DNA of 64,000 nucleotides from assembly GCA_963771355.1 (NCBI GenBank), contig CAVYTA010000002.1, forward strand, positions 1 to 64,000. The letters are read 5' to 3'. The notes beneath the pieces are model-generated. The model was not told where the DNA came from. It did not search any database and worked only from the letters and a program-made list of their open reading frames with translations. Below are positions 21,392 through 32,631 of this stretch, one piece after another. The position numbers were made by a program, and so were the translations under genes. Source of the DNA: an uncultured Candidatus Rokubacteria bacterium (GTDB lineage Bacteria > Methylomirabilota > Methylomirabilia > Rokubacteriales > CSP1-6). Every line of letters starts with the position of its first letter. The stretch's first letter is position 1.

Positions 21392-22963
21392 TTATTCCAC
21401 CCCTGCCCGCGACGGCGGCCGCGGGGACCGTCGGAGCCGCCGCAGCTCCTGGATGACGAGCTGGACGGCGTTCGTCGACGTCCAGTAGAGGACCATGCCG
21501 GCGGGGGCCGTGTAGAAGAGCAGGAAGAAGAGCAGGGTCATGCCGGACAGGTTCCGGCGCTGCCGGCGAACCAGTGGCGGCGGGAGGACGGGCGAGTGGA
21601 ACCGTAGCAGCGCAGCCAGCGAGACGCTGCTCATCAGGAACGGCAGCAGGTTCAGGTAGCACCCGAAGAACGGCAGGCATCCAGGCAGGCGGAGCAGCTC
21701 GTCCGGACGCGACAGATCGGACATCCAGAGAAACGAGGCCCGATAGAGAGTGAAGTCCTCGGCGAGCATGTCGAACACCGCGATGAACGCGGGGATCTGG
21801 ATCAGGAAGCCGAGCAGGCTCTTCAGCGTGTACAGCGGGTGCACGCCCGCGTCGCGGTACAGGGCCACCGTACGCCGGGCGCGCTCCTCGCCTCGATGAG
21901 CCGCGTTGATGGCGTCGATCCCGGGCCGGAGCCGCGCCTGGGTGGCATTGACCTGCTCCTGCAGCCGGTCGGCCACCACGGTCAGGGGCAGGAGGAGGAT
22001 CTTGACGCAGATCGCGAGGGCGATGATCGCCACGCCGGGATGGCCGACGATCGCGGTCAGCCCGCGGAACAGGGACAGGAGCGCCAGGCTCAGCACCCGC
22101 AGCCAGGACCAGAGCCCCGAGAAGAGCATCGCCTCGAGCGACGGATCCGCGCGGGTCAAGGCGCGGCCCTCCAGCGGCCCGGAATAAAACGTGTAGCGCC
22201 ACGAGAGCTCGTCCGAGGCGTCCGCGAGCAGGGCGACGCCCGCGCCGGGGCGCGGAGCCAGGGCGGCGGCCCGGTCCGGACGCAGGACGATCGCCCAGAA
22301 CCGACTGCGAACCCCGGCCCAGTCGCCGGCCCGAAGCGAGACTGGATCCCGGCCGTCGTCGCCGAGAACGCGGACGCTCCCGTCGGCGACGACCACCCGC
22401 TGCACGCGCTCGAGCTGCGCGGCGAAGCCGGTGGCCGGAGAGGGGTGGAGATCATGGCCCGCTTCGAGGTCCAGCTCCAGTCGTCGGTCGGTCATGAACG
22501 CGGCCGCGTCCGCGCCCAGCAGTCGTACCGTCATGACGACCTCGTATCCATCCTTGGAGACCTCGAACGTCTTCACCAAACGGATGCGGCCGCCCGACAG
22601 GTCGGATTGGAACGTGACGTGCCATGCGCGCGCCTCCTCGGTGAGGGCGGCGGTGAAGCGCAGGCGCTGGAGATCCACGGCCGGACCGGGGCCGCGGAGG
22701 CTCAGCCGCGCCTGCGGCGGATCATCGGCGCCGGTGAACCGGACCGAGGTGCCCGATGCTCCGTCGGCCAGCGCGCAGGAGGGATGGCAGGCCCGCCAGG
22801 CCACCGGGCCGGCGCCCTCGAGGGCGAACACCAGGTCGAGCTGGCCGGTCGTCAGGCGGACCCGGCTGGGGCTCGTCTCCTCGGCGGCGACGGGGCTGGC
22901 GATCGCGCCGGCGAGCAGGAGCAGGCCGACGAGCGAGCCGGTCGGGCGGTTCCGTCCAGCCAT
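21392..22963 (-). CDS. yidC: Membrane protein insertase YidC paralog
   Basis: Periplasmic domain with YSGP; AIIALAICVKILLLPL, LIQIPAF, FLWMSDLSRPD, GMVLYW motifs. Confidence 0.85.
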   Translation of the reverse strand: MAGRNRPTGSLVGLLLLAGAIASPVAAEETSPSRVRLTTGQLDLVFALEGAGPVAWRACHPSCALADGASGTSVRFTGADDPPQARLSLRGPGPAVDLQRLRFTAALTEEARAWHVTFQSDLSGGRIRLVKTFEVSKDGYEVVMTVRLLGADAAAFMTDRRLELDLEAGHDLHPSPATGFAAQLERVQRVVVADGSVRVLGDDGRDPVSLRAGDWAGVRSRFWAIVLRPDRAAALAPRPGAGVALLADASDELSWRYTFYSGPLEGRALTRADPSLEAMLFSGLWSWLRVLSLALLSLFRGLTAIVGHPGVAIIALAICVKILLLPLTVVADRLQEQVNATQARLRPGIDAINAAHRGEERARRTVALYRDAGVHPLYTLKSLLGFLIQIPAFIAVFDMLAEDFTLYRASFLWMSDLSRPDELLRLPGCLPFFGCYLNLLPFLMSSVSLAALLRFHSPVLPPPLVRRQRRNLSGMTLLFFLLFYTAPAGMVLYWTSTNAVQLVIQELRRLRRSPRPPSRAGVE

Positions 22964-24759
22964 CAGCGGAAGAACCGGCTCATCTCTTTCTGCGCGGCCC
23001 GCAGGCTCTCGCGTGGGAGCGCCGGGTAGGCCACCAGCCGGTAGTCGCGATCGCGGATTTCGTAGCTGGCCGGATACACGATGGTCACCCGGTCCGGTTC
23101 GATCAAGGCGAACTCGCTGTAGCTCGCGGCGATGAGCCAGTCCCACTCCCCCTCCGAGAAGAGATCCCGGCCGCTCGCGTAGTCCGACGCCGGATTCGCG
23201 CAGCCGAAGAGCCCGGCGACCAGGGTCGGCGCCACGTCGTTGTGCGAGGTCCGCCGCGCCACGCGTCCCGGCGGCCGCCCGGGCCAGCCCAGCACCAGGG
23301 GGGTGTGCAGCTGGTGGCGGCTGTACGCCGTGCCGTGCCCCGTGAAGCCCTGCCCGTTCTCGTCGAACTCCATGCCGTGATCGGACGTCACGAGGACCAC
23401 GGTGGACTCCAGCAGCTTCCGCCGCTCCAGATCGTCGAGCACCCGCCCGACCAGGGAGTCCACATAGTGCACCGCGCTCAGGTAGCGGCCGTACCGGCGT
23501 TGCTGCGTCGAGGCGCCGGGGGCGATCGGGACCACCGGGGCGTAGCTGTCCGGCGGGTCGACCGCCACCGCGGCGTTGTAGTAGAGCAACCCGAAGAACG
23601 GCCGCGCCGGGTCCCGCCGATCGAGCCAGCCATACCACTCGTCGGTCAAGCCCCGGTCTTTCTCGCTCCACCCACGATATCGCGAGCTCGTCCTCAGGCG
23701 CAGATCTGGAACGCCGGCCAAGGCCGTCCGATCGAGCCCCACCCCTTCGTCGAGCGGCGCGCTGACGAACAACCCGAGCTGGTAGTCGTACTGTCGGAAC
23801 AGGTCCATCACCACCGGGGGCCGGGCGAGGTCGGCGAAGGCGTCCCAGTAGGTCGCGGGGATGCCGTAGAACAGCGAGAACATGCCGGCCCGCGACGAGT
23901 TACCGCCGCTGTAATGCTGGTCGAACTGGATCGCACCGCGCGCGAATTCGGCCAGCCGCGGCGCGACGGCGACCGTGAGCGCATCCGCCCGCATCGCGTC
24001 GATCACCACGAGCAGCACGTTGAGCCGCGGCGCGCGGGGCTCGCACCGCAGGGGCGCCAGCGGGTAGCGCAGCTCGCCCGCCGGCGTTCCGCCGAGGGCG
24101 GCGATGACGCCTCGCTCCCGCGCCCGCGCCCGGTCCACGAGGCCCAGCTTCACCTGGAGCGTGGTGGCCCTCAGCGGTCCGTAGAGCGGCAGGTAGCGGG
24201 TGAACGAGGTCACCGGCACGTCGTAGCGTGCCTCGGCCCACGCGTAGATCAGGTGACCGGCCACGAAGCAGGCCCCCAGGCCCAGCGCCAGGTACCGCCC
24301 CCAGCGGCGCGCCGGGGGCCGCGCGGTGCGCTGCCAGACCCAGCCCGCCAGCATTCCCTCGATCGCCACGCCCACGACGACGTAGAGGCCGAGAAAGCTC
24401 CAGGTCTGCGGCGCCAGCAGGATGAACGTCAGGACGCTGAGATGGTACCGGTTCTCCGCGAAGACCAGGCTGTCCAGCAGCAGCAGGCTCCCGCCGATGC
24501 TGCCCAGCACGACGCCGAGCGGCACCACCAGCCGCGGCCGCGGGCTCAGCAGGATCACCGGCATCAGCATCAGCAGACACGGGAGATAGGCGAGCGCACT
24601 CACGTGCCCCACATAGGCGAGAGGCACGTAGCCCCAGGCCACCGACGGCGAGAGACGAACGTAGAGCCACAGATACCGGAGCCCGATGATCCCCAGGAGG
24701 GCCGCGTTGGCGGCCGCGAACCAGCTCGCCCACCGGAGGAGGCGCCTCCTCGAGCTCAC
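22963..24759 (-). CDS. DUF3413/YejM(PbgA)-like membrane sulfatase-superfamily protein
   Basis: N-terminal TMs; LRYPLAPL, NVLLVVIDAMRAD, HYSGGNSSRAGMFSLFYG, TSDHG. Confidence 0.8.
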   Translation of the reverse strand: MSSRRRLLRWASWFAAANAALLGIIGLRYLWLYVRLSPSVAWGYVPLAYVGHVSALAYLPCLLMLMPVILLSPRPRLVVPLGVVLGSIGGSLLLLDSLVFAENRYHLSVLTFILLAPQTWSFLGLYVVVGVAIEGMLAGWVWQRTARPPARRWGRYLALGLGACFVAGHLIYAWAEARYDVPVTSFTRYLPLYGPLRATTLQVKLGLVDRARARERGVIAALGGTPAGELRYPLAPLRCEPRAPRLNVLLVVIDAMRADALTVAVAPRLAEFARGAIQFDQHYSGGNSSRAGMFSLFYGIPATYWDAFADLARPPVVMDLFRQYDYQLGLFVSAPLDEGVGLDRTALAGVPDLRLRTSSRYRGWSEKDRGLTDEWYGWLDRRDPARPFFGLLYYNAAVAVDPPDSYAPVVPIAPGASTQQRRYGRYLSAVHYVDSLVGRVLDDLERRKLLESTVVLVTSDHGMEFDENGQGFTGHGTAYSRHQLHTPLVLGWPGRPPGRVARRTSHNDVAPTLVAGLFGCANPASDYASGRDLFSEGEWDWLIAASYSEFALIEPDRVTIVYPASYEIRDRDYRLVAYPALPRESLRAAQKEMSRFFR

Positions 24760-24786
24760 CGCGATCCGTCTCCCGCGCGCCCCACG

Positions 24787-25950
24787 CTAGCGGACAATCC
24801 CGAGCGCGCCGATTCCCGCCCGCTCGTCGGCGATGCGGGCGATCTCCCGCGCTCCCACCTCGACGCTCCGGCCGAAGTTGAACGCCCATTGCTCCCGGAA
24901 CGCGACACTGCGGTGGCGGAATTCCCCCGCCCCGCGGATCAGCTCCGCGACGTACTGCGGGGCGTCCGCCAGGCGATCGAGCGGCAGGATCCTCCCGAGC
25001 TCCCGGCGGATGCGCATCTCCATCGGCTCGAGGCCCAGCTCCGCGTACTTCGCATTCCGCACCCGGGGCGGGACATCGACGAAGAGCACCGGCTTGCCCA
25101 GGCCGAGGGCGTACTCGATCGCCATCGCGGACCAATCGCTGATCAAGAGGTCGGACTCCAGCAGCGAGTCGCTCTCCTCCATCCGGTCCACGTGCCGGAA
25201 GCGCAGATCCGCCCCGAACCGGGCAATCAGCCTCTCCACCAGCCGCGGGGCGAGCCGCGCCGTCTGGTAGTGCGGGCGCAGGATCACGCGGATCCCGGCC
25301 CCGAGCAGGGCCGCGATCAAGGGCTCGCCGCAAACGTGCAGGGTCGACTGCTCGCCCCACGTGGGCGCGAGCAGCACGGTGGCGGGATCCGACGGCTTGC
25401 GCGGCGGCGCGGTCGCGATCTCGGCCAGCCGCTCGAGCCGCGGATAGCCGCGGGGGAACAGGTGCTTGGGTGGGAGGTCCTTGAGCTGCTCGCGCCGGCG
25501 GATCTCCTCCACATGATGAGGGCCCGCGCAGAGGAGGCTGTCGTAGTGGTCGTACGAGTTCTCGTGGTCCACCATGTGCGTGCTGCCCATGCTATGGAAT
25601 ACGTAGACGTAGTGCACGGGGTGGAGCGATCGCTTGAGCTGGAAATTCCCCAGATCGAGCATGGTCAGGACCATGACGTCGACCTTGAGCGTCTGGAAGA
25701 GCCAGGTGCACACCGCGCCGGCGCCGACCCGAAACGCGTGCAGCCGACCGCTCGGCGCCGATGGCAGCGCGACGGCGGGCTCGGAGGTGAGGTGGCAGAC
25801 CGTCCGGGAGAGCCGCTCGGTCAGGAAGTCGCTGAGGGGCTGGAGATGATGCCAGTCCTGATAGGTCTCGGAATAGAAGGCGATATTGCGCTCGCGCGGC
25901 GGGAGCTTCCGGAAGCGGCGATAGCTGGCCCACTCCCGCCAGATCGTCAT
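24787..25950 (-). CDS. CDP-glycerol glycerophosphotransferase family protein
   Basis: FHSMGS, GYPRLE, VLLAPTWG, LRPH, SDLLISDWS, KPVLF. Confidence 0.8.
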   Translation of the reverse strand: MTIWREWASYRRFRKLPPRERNIAFYSETYQDWHHLQPLSDFLTERLSRTVCHLTSEPAVALPSAPSGRLHAFRVGAGAVCTWLFQTLKVDVMVLTMLDLGNFQLKRSLHPVHYVYVFHSMGSTHMVDHENSYDHYDSLLCAGPHHVEEIRRREQLKDLPPKHLFPRGYPRLERLAEIATAPPRKPSDPATVLLAPTWGEQSTLHVCGEPLIAALLGAGIRVILRPHYQTARLAPRLVERLIARFGADLRFRHVDRMEESDSLLESDLLISDWSAMAIEYALGLGKPVLFVDVPPRVRNAKYAELGLEPMEMRIRRELGRILPLDRLADAPQYVAELIRGAGEFRHRSVAFREQWAFNFGRSVEVGAREIARIADERAGIGALGIVR

Positions 25951-25965
25951 GCGGCGTCGGAGGGC

Positions 25966-26202
25966 CTACTGGTCCTCGGGAGGACGGGCACCGTCCATCG
26001 GTCCCGGCCTCCTGCCGCGAACCAAGCCCACGAGCCGGTACCAGAACATCCTGACCGCGAGGCCGACCGCCGCCGCCACTCCGATCACGGCCGAAAGGAG
26101 CATGCTCCCGGTCCCCGGATCGAGATACGCGTACGCCGGAGATGTGATCGACAGGCACACCGCAAGCACGAACCCGATTCGAAGCGCTCGACGGAGCATC
26201 AT
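25966..26202 (-). CDS. Small membrane protein with AYLDPGTGS motif
   Basis: Signal peptide ending AYA, then YLDPGTGSMLL, a TM helix and a basic tail. Confidence 0.7.
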   Translation of the reverse strand: MMLRRALRIGFVLAVCLSITSPAYAYLDPGTGSMLLSAVIGVAAAVGLAVRMFWYRLVGLVRGRRPGPMDGARPPEDQ

Positions 26203-26341
26203 CCCTTGTGCTCCTCTCAGACGCGAAGGGTGTAGGGCCCCGGCCGCCGCGTCGTCGTCTCGCCCATCGGTCGACTGCATGATCACGGTCATGCTACCGC
26301 CGGGGTCGGGCCTGCGGGGCTTAATTCCGCGCGGGGCGTGC

Positions 26342-27397
26342 TCACTCCACCCCGGCCAGCTGCAGCTCGCGGGCGCGGTGACAGGCGACGAAACGGCCGG
26401 GGGCGATCTCTTGCCATGCCGGCGCCTGCGTCCGGCACACCTCGATCGCGTGCGGACAGCGCGGGTGGAAATAGCACCCGCTGGGAGGCGAAGCGGGATT
26501 TGCCACTTCCCCCTGGAGGATGATGCGCCGCGAGCGCATGCGCGGGTCCGGCTCGGGCACCGCGGACAGGAGGGCCGCGGTGTAGGGATGCTTGGGCGCG
26601 GTGAAGAGATCCTCGGTCTCCGCCAGCTCCACGATGCGCCCGACGTACATCACCGCCACGCGGTCACTGATATGCCGCACGACGCTGAGATCGTGCGCCA
26701 CGAAGAGGTAGGTTAGCTGGAACTCGGCCTGCAGGTCCTGGAGCAAATTCAGGATCTGGGCCTGGACCGAGACGTCCAGGGCCGAGACCGGCTCGTCGGC
26801 GACCACCAGGCGGGGCCGGAGCGCGAGCGCGCGGGCGATGCCGATGCGCTGGCGCTCGCCGCCGCTGAAGGCATGGGGGAAGCGCCGCATGTACTCGGGC
26901 CGGAGCCCGACGCGGCGGAGGAGCTCGGCCACGCGCTCCTCGCGCTCGCGCCGGCTCTTCACGCCATGGACCAGCAGCGGCTCGCCGACGAGGTCGAACA
27001 GCGTCATGCGGGGATTGAGCGAGGAGAAGGGGTCCTGGAAGATCATCTGCATCTCCCGGCGCAGCGCCCGCAGCTCCGTCCGGCCCAACCGGCCCACCTC
27101 GACCACCGCGCCGTCCGTGAGGCGCATGAGAATCTCTCCGCCGGTCGGCTCGATGGCCCGCATGATGCAGCGCGCGGTGGTGGTCTTGCCGCAGCCGCTC
27201 TCCCCCACGAGACCGAGCGCTTCCCCGACGTCGATGTGAAAGTCGACGCCATCCACCGCGCGGACGTGGCCCACCGTCCGCTTCCAGAAGCCCTTCCGGA
27301 TCGGAAAGAGCTTCTGGAGCCCGGTGACCTGCAGCAAGACCTCGGGAGGAAGCAGGGGAGGAAGCAGGGGAGGAAGCAGGGAGGGAGGCGCGCTCAT
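26342..27397 (-). CDS. Oligopeptide ABC transporter ATPase (OppF-like)
   Basis: [18 protein letters not shown]-terminal GCYFHPRC. Confidence 0.9.
   Translation of the reverse strand: MSAPPSLLPPLLPPLLPPEVLLQVTGLQKLFPIRKGFWKRTVGHVRAVDGVDFHIDVGEALGLVGESGCGKTTTARCIMRAIEPTGGEILMRLTDGAVVEVGRLGRTELRALRREMQMIFQDPFSSLNPRMTLFDLVGEPLLVHGVKSRREREERVAELLRRVGLRPEYMRRFPHAFSGGERQRIGIARALALRPRLVVADEPVSALDVSVQAQILNLLQDLQAEFQLTYLFVAHDLSVVRHISDRVAVMYVGRIVELAETEDLFTAPKHPYTAALLSAVPEPDPRMRSRRIILQGEVANPASPPSGCYFHPRCPHAIEVCRTQAPAWQEIAPGRFVACHRARELQLAGVE
27344..27379. repeat. 12-bp tandem repeat x3 (GGGAGGAAGCAG) encoding LLPP
   Basis: Direct reading. Confidence 0.85.
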
Positions 27398-28434
27398 GGA
27401 TAGAGGAAGCAGCTCACCGTGTGCTTGTCGCCGACCGGCCGCAGGGTCGGCGCCTCCACGTCGCAGCGTCCCACCATGAATTCCGGGCAGCGCGGGTGGA
27501 AGGGGCAGCCGGAGGGCCGGTCGTAGGGGTGCGGCACCGCCCCCGCGATGGGGATGAGCCGCTCACGCGAGCGCGAGCGCATGCGGGGTATGGAGCGCAG
27601 GAGGGCCTGGGTATACGGGTGCCGCGGGGTATGAAAGATCTCGTCGACCGGCGCCTGCTCGACCACGCGGCCGAGATACATCACCGCCACGTCGGTGGCC
27701 ATCTCCGCCACCACCCCCAGGTCATGGGTGATGAGCATGATCGCCATTCCGTCCTCGCGCTGGAGCTGGCGCATGAGCTCGAGGATCTGAGTCTGCGTGG
27801 TCACGTCGAGCGCGGTGGTGGGCTCGTCGGCGATCAGCAGGGTCGGATGGCAGGACAGCGCCATCGCGATCATGGCCCGCTGTCGCAGGCCCCCGCTCAG
27901 CTGGTTGGAGAGCTGGTCGATCCGCTGCTCCGGCGAGGACACCCCGACCCGCCGCAGCATCTCGATCGTCTTGGCGCGCGCCTCGCGCCGGTTGACCTGC
28001 TGGTGGAGCATGATCGCCTCGACGATCTGGCTGCCCACCGTGTGCACCGGACTGAACGAGGACATCGGCTCCTGGAAGATGAGCGCGATCTCCGCTCCGC
28101 GGATGGCGCGCATCTCGGGGCCGTTCGGCGGCAGCTTCGCCAGGTCCACCACCCCGTCGCCGAGGGCGGCCCCGGCGGGCTGCCGGCGGAATCGGATCTC
28201 GCCCCCGACGATCCGTCCCGGGCGATCCACGATGCCGAGGATCGAGCGGGCGGTGACGCTCTTGCCGCAGCCGCTTTCGCCCACGATGCCGAGGGTGCCC
28301 TCGGGATAGAGGTCGAAGCTCACGCCGTCGACCGCCTTCACGGTGCCTTCGTCCTGGAGAAAGTAGGTCTTCAGATCCCGGACGGACAGCAAGGCCGTCC
28401 GGGGGTCAGCAGCCGGCTGGGGGTTAGCGGCCAT
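27394..28434 (-). CDS. Oligopeptide ABC transporter ATPase (OppD-like)
   Basis: [24 protein letters not shown]. Confidence 0.9.
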   Translation of the reverse strand: MAANPQPAADPRTALLSVRDLKTYFLQDEGTVKAVDGVSFDLYPEGTLGIVGESGCGKSVTARSILGIVDRPGRIVGGEIRFRRQPAGAALGDGVVDLAKLPPNGPEMRAIRGAEIALIFQEPMSSFSPVHTVGSQIVEAIMLHQQVNRREARAKTIEMLRRVGVSSPEQRIDQLSNQLSGGLRQRAMIAMALSCHPTLLIADEPTTALDVTTQTQILELMRQLQREDGMAIMLITHDLGVVAEMATDVAVMYLGRVVEQAPVDEIFHTPRHPYTQALLRSIPRMRSRSRERLIPIAGAVPHPYDRPSGCPFHPRCPEFMVGRCDVEAPTLRPVGDKHTVSCFLYP

Positions 28435-29587
28435 AGGGGTCCGCGGCATCCCGGAGGCCGTCGCCGAGGAAGTTGAAGGCCATGACCACGATGATCACGG
28501 GCACCGCCGGCAGCATCAGCCACGGCGACAGCGCCACCGTCTGGACGTTCTGGGCCTGCTGCAGCAAGACCCCCCAGCTGATGGCGGGCGGGCGCAGGCC
28601 CAGGCCGAGAAAGCTCAGCGCGGTCTCGCTGACGATCATGGCGGGCAGCGCGAGCGTCGTCGCCGCGATGATATGGCTCATGAACGACGGGACCATGTGG
28701 ACGAAGATGGTCCGCATCTGGCTGCACCCCACCAGCCGCGCGGAGACGACGAAGTCTTCCTCCCGCAGGGCGAGGAAGCGTCCCCGGACCACCCGCGCCA
28801 GCTCGGTCCAGCCCAGGAGGGAGATGATGATGGTGATGGCGAAATACACTTGCAGGATCGACCAGTCGCGGGGGAGCGCGGCCGCCAGCCCCATCCACAG
28901 CGGGATGGTGGGGATCGAGCGGAGGATCTCGATGACCCGCTGGATGAGCGTATCGGCGAATCCCCCGTAGAAGCCCGAGAGCCCGCCGAGAAAGACCCCC
29001 AGGACCAGGCTCATCGTCACCCCGACGAGGCCGATGGTGAGCGAGATGCGCGTGCCGTACATCAGCCGCGACCAGAGGTCCCGCCCCTGCACGTCCGTGC
29101 CCAGGATGAAGATGGTCTTGGCGACGTCCCGGCCCCCGTCGACACCGATCAGGTGCCGCGTCGTCGGGATCACCCCCAGGAAGTGATACTCGAAGCCCTC
29201 GGCGAAGAATCGGATGGGGATCTTCTCCGCCGGGTCCGCGCGATACACCCGCTGGAAGGTCTGGGGGTCGCGCGCCCCCTTCACCGCGTACACGTGGGGG
29301 CCGAAGCGCCCGTCGTCGAACCAGTAGACGCGCTGGGGGGGCATGAGCGAGCGCTGCGCCTCGGACGCGTTGGGGTCGGCATACGCGAGAAAGTCCGCAC
29401 CGAGGACGATCAAATAGAAGCCGAGGACGATCACCGCGCTCGCCACCGCCACCTTGTGCTTCCGGAACCGCCACCACATGAGCTGCCACTGCGACGCCAC
29501 GAAGATGCGCTGCTCGGCGGCGGCCTCCGCGCCCCCTCCGCGAAGGGGGGCGCGCGCGGGATCGAGGGCCAGCTCGGGCTCGGCCAT
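28424..29587 (-). CDS. Peptide/sugar ABC transporter permease (OppC-like)
   Basis: LGTDVQGRD, EAA-like loop, LSFLGLG. Confidence 0.9.
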   Translation of the reverse strand: MAEPELALDPARAPLRGGGAEAAAEQRIFVASQWQLMWWRFRKHKVAVASAVIVLGFYLIVLGADFLAYADPNASEAQRSLMPPQRVYWFDDGRFGPHVYAVKGARDPQTFQRVYRADPAEKIPIRFFAEGFEYHFLGVIPTTRHLIGVDGGRDVAKTIFILGTDVQGRDLWSRLMYGTRISLTIGLVGVTMSLVLGVFLGGLSGFYGGFADTLIQRVIEILRSIPTIPLWMGLAAALPRDWSILQVYFAITIIISLLGWTELARVVRGRFLALREEDFVVSARLVGCSQMRTIFVHMVPSFMSHIIAATTLALPAMIVSETALSFLGLGLRPPAISWGVLLQQAQNVQTVALSPWLMLPAVPVIIVVMAFNFLGDGLRDAADPYGR

Positions 29588-30576
29588 CACGTGTCCTCGA
29601 ACCGGATGCGCGGATCGACCCATACGAGCAGGATGTCCGAGATCAACGTGCCGATCACCGTCATGACTCCGAGCAGCAGCACGATGGTGCCGGCCAGGAA
29701 CATATCCTGGGCGATCAAGGCCTTGAGGAGGAGCGGCCCGACCGTCGGCAATCCCAGCACGATGGACACGATGATGCTCCCCGACACGATGTACGGGAGC
29801 GTGTAACCGATGGTGCTCGCGAAGGGATTGAGCGCCACCCGCACCGGGTACTTCAAGATCACGGTGCGCTCGGGAAGCCCCTTGGAGCGCGCCGTCACCA
29901 CATAGGGCTTGCGCAGCTCATCCAGCAGATTGGCTCGCATGATCCGGATCTGCTGCGCGGTGCCGGCGAGACCCAGGATCAGGGCCGGGATCGGCAGATG
30001 CTTCAGGAGGTCCCACACCCGCGCCAAGCTCCACGGCGCGTCCTGCAGCTCCGGCGAGAACAGTCCTCCGATATGCGCGTTGAAGAGCGTGAAACCCAGA
30101 TAGAGCAGGACCAGCGCGAGGAGAAAATTTGGGACGGCGAGACCGATGAAGCCCACGAAGGTGAAGACGTAGTCAGCCACGGAGTACTGCCGGACGGCGG
30201 AATAGATCCCGATGGGGAGGGCGAGCACCCAGGTGATGAACAGGGCCGCCACCGAGATCACCACCGTCAGCCAGAGCCGCTCGCCGATCACCTCGGTGAC
30301 GGGCCGCCGCCACTCCATGGACATGCCGAAATTGCCCTGGACGACGAGCTTCATCCACTTGAGGTACTGCACGTACATGGGCTGCCCCAGCCCGTACTGG
30401 ATACGGAGGGTCTGCGCCTCCTCGTCGGAGACCACGCTGCCCATGGACGCCATCTGGGCGATGTAGGACGTCACGTAGTCGCCGGGCGGGAGCTGGATGA
30501 TGGCGAAGGACAGGACGGAGATCGCCCACACCGTGAAGATCGCGAGGAGGGCGCGGCGGCCGATGTACGCGAGCAT
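29587..30576 (-). CDS. ABC transporter permease (OppB-like)
   Basis: LPPGDY, YVVTARSKG, DPRIR. Confidence 0.9.
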   Translation of the reverse strand: MLAYIGRRALLAIFTVWAISVLSFAIIQLPPGDYVTSYIAQMASMGSVVSDEEAQTLRIQYGLGQPMYVQYLKWMKLVVQGNFGMSMEWRRPVTEVIGERLWLTVVISVAALFITWVLALPIGIYSAVRQYSVADYVFTFVGFIGLAVPNFLLALVLLYLGFTLFNAHIGGLFSPELQDAPWSLARVWDLLKHLPIPALILGLAGTAQQIRIMRANLLDELRKPYVVTARSKGLPERTVILKYPVRVALNPFASTIGYTLPYIVSGSIIVSIVLGLPTVGPLLLKALIAQDMFLAGTIVLLLGVMTVIGTLISDILLVWVDPRIRFEDT

Positions 30577-30631
30577 GGGACGAAGCCCGGGTCACCGCCG
30601 GCAGGGGCGGCGACCCGGGCGCGTTGGCCGT

Positions 30632-32631
30632 CTAGTTCTTGTAGTAGAACGTCGCCGGACGCGAGATGCCGGGAGTCTTGCCGTCCGGGCTGTTGTACTG
30701 ACGCGACGGGATATTGCCCATGTTGTTCTTGACCACGCGCACGCCCATGGCGGCCGGGCCCTGGCCGACCACGCCGATGATGAAGACCTCCTCGGCGGCG
30801 ATCCTCCAGACGTCCTTGCCGAGCTGGATCCGCTCCTTCTCCGGCACGCCGAAGGCCTTCCTCCACTTTTCCATCAGCTCTTTCATCTTCGGCTCGGGCT
30901 CCTTCCCCTGCGTGCCGCCGGACTGGAACCACTTTGCATAGAGCGGCCCCGAGGACGCGACGGCGTCGACCTCGAAGGGAAACACGTGAAGGGGAAACGT
31001 GAAGAGGTGCTCGCTGCCGTCGTTGTTCCAGGCGCCGAGCTGCTGCTCGTTGGCGGCGGTGCGCTTCAGCGCGAGACTCCGCTCCACCTCCTGCACCTTC
31101 AGGTCGATGCCGATCTTCTTCCACTGCTCGCGGATCATCTCGGAGATCTGCGTGTACTGGACGAACTGGCCACCGAGCGTCATGATCTCGATGCGCAGCC
31201 GCCCCTTGCCGTCGGCGCGCAGGCGGTAGCCCTCCGCGTCCTTCTTGGCGAGGCCGAGCTTGTCGAGCATCTCGTTGGCCTTCTTGATGTCGAGCGTCGA
31301 CCACAGCTTCCGGTACTGCGGCCCGGGGTTGTACTTGTTGCTGTCCACCGGCACCACCGAGCCCGGCGTGCCCGTGCCGAGCCAGAACGTCTCGTTGATC
31401 TGGTCGCGGTCGATCCCGAGCGAGAGCGCGCGGCGGAAGTCGGCGGTGTTGAACCACTTGCCGATCTCCGGATCGGCGTCGTAGTTCAGGTTGAACTTGA
31501 TGATGAGGTCACAGTAGTCGCCGGGATCCAGATGGACCTTGTAGTTACCCTTCTGCTGGTTCTCGATCAACACGGGGAGCTTGCCGAGATCGACGTGCCG
31601 CGACGCGTAGTCGTACTCCCCCGCGATCGCGCGCAGGTTCAGTACTTCCAGATTTTCCGCGAGCGTCAGCACGACCTTGTCGATGTAGGGCAGCTGATTC
31701 CCCGCCGTGTCCACGTAGACGCTGTACGGGTTACGCTCGAGGGTCCACGTTGCGGTGTTGATCGGGGTCACCGTCTTCCACGGCGACAGCACGGGGAGGT
31801 CGGGGTTGGTCGCCCAGTCGTTCCGGTTGAGGAAGTAGCGCACCCAGCTGTCGAACTTCGCGTCCTTCGCCTTCTTGTCGAGCTCCTCGGCCTTCGCGTA
31901 CTTCGGATGGAACTGTTTCAGGTAGTGCGCGGGCGCGAAGCCGCCCAGCGCGCGGTAGCCCCACATCTGACCCGCGAGCTCGGTGGAGCCGGCCAGCACG
32001 TCGGGGAACATGAAGTAGGGCTCGGCGAACTTGTAGCGCACCGTGTAGGTGTCGACCTTCTCGATCACGCCCTGCTTGCCGTTGATGGCCAGGGTCGCCG
32101 ACGGCGTCGGCACGAGGTCCTTGTTCCGGTAGATGTCCTCGAACCAGAACACGAAGTCGTCGGCGGTGAACGGCTTGCCGTCGCTCCACTTCATGCCGCG
32201 ACGCAGGTGCACCAGCCACGCCTTGCCGCCGTCCTGCATCTCGAGGCCCCGGGCGAGGTTCGGCATCACCTTGTCGCCCGTGTAGTCCCAGAACATCAGA
32301 TGGTCCGGCCCCGAGCAGCATCGGAAGCCATTCCAGAAGTCCGCGGGGCCGGTGAAGCCCGGCGCGCCACGTGCCGCCGTACTTGCCGATCTCGACGCAG
32401 CGGCTTGATGACGAGCGGGTCCTGCCCGATCCGCTCGGCCACGGGCGGGAGCTTGCCGGCCTTGACCAGCTCGGCGAGCTGAGGGGCTTCCTTGAAGGCC
32501 TTGGGCCACTTCGCCTGGTCGGTGACGACCTCCGGTCCTTCCAGCTTGCCGATGAGGCCGCTCTTGGCCATCTGGGCCAGGGCCCCCGCGGCAACCCCGA
32601 TGGTGAGTAGCCCCACCACGAGGGCAATCAT
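30632..32631 (-). CDS. ABC transporter family-5 substrate-binding protein (frameshifts ~32360-32400)
   Basis: FKEAPQL...GKLPPVAERI, GKYGGTW, KWSDGKPFTADD, GNQLPYID. Confidence 0.8.

Noticed and set aside
22756..26235. 1159-aa + strand ORF and other long antisense ORFs (e.g. 913-2520, 30497-32482)
   Set aside because: Shadow ORFs opposite real genes, caused by high-GC codon bias
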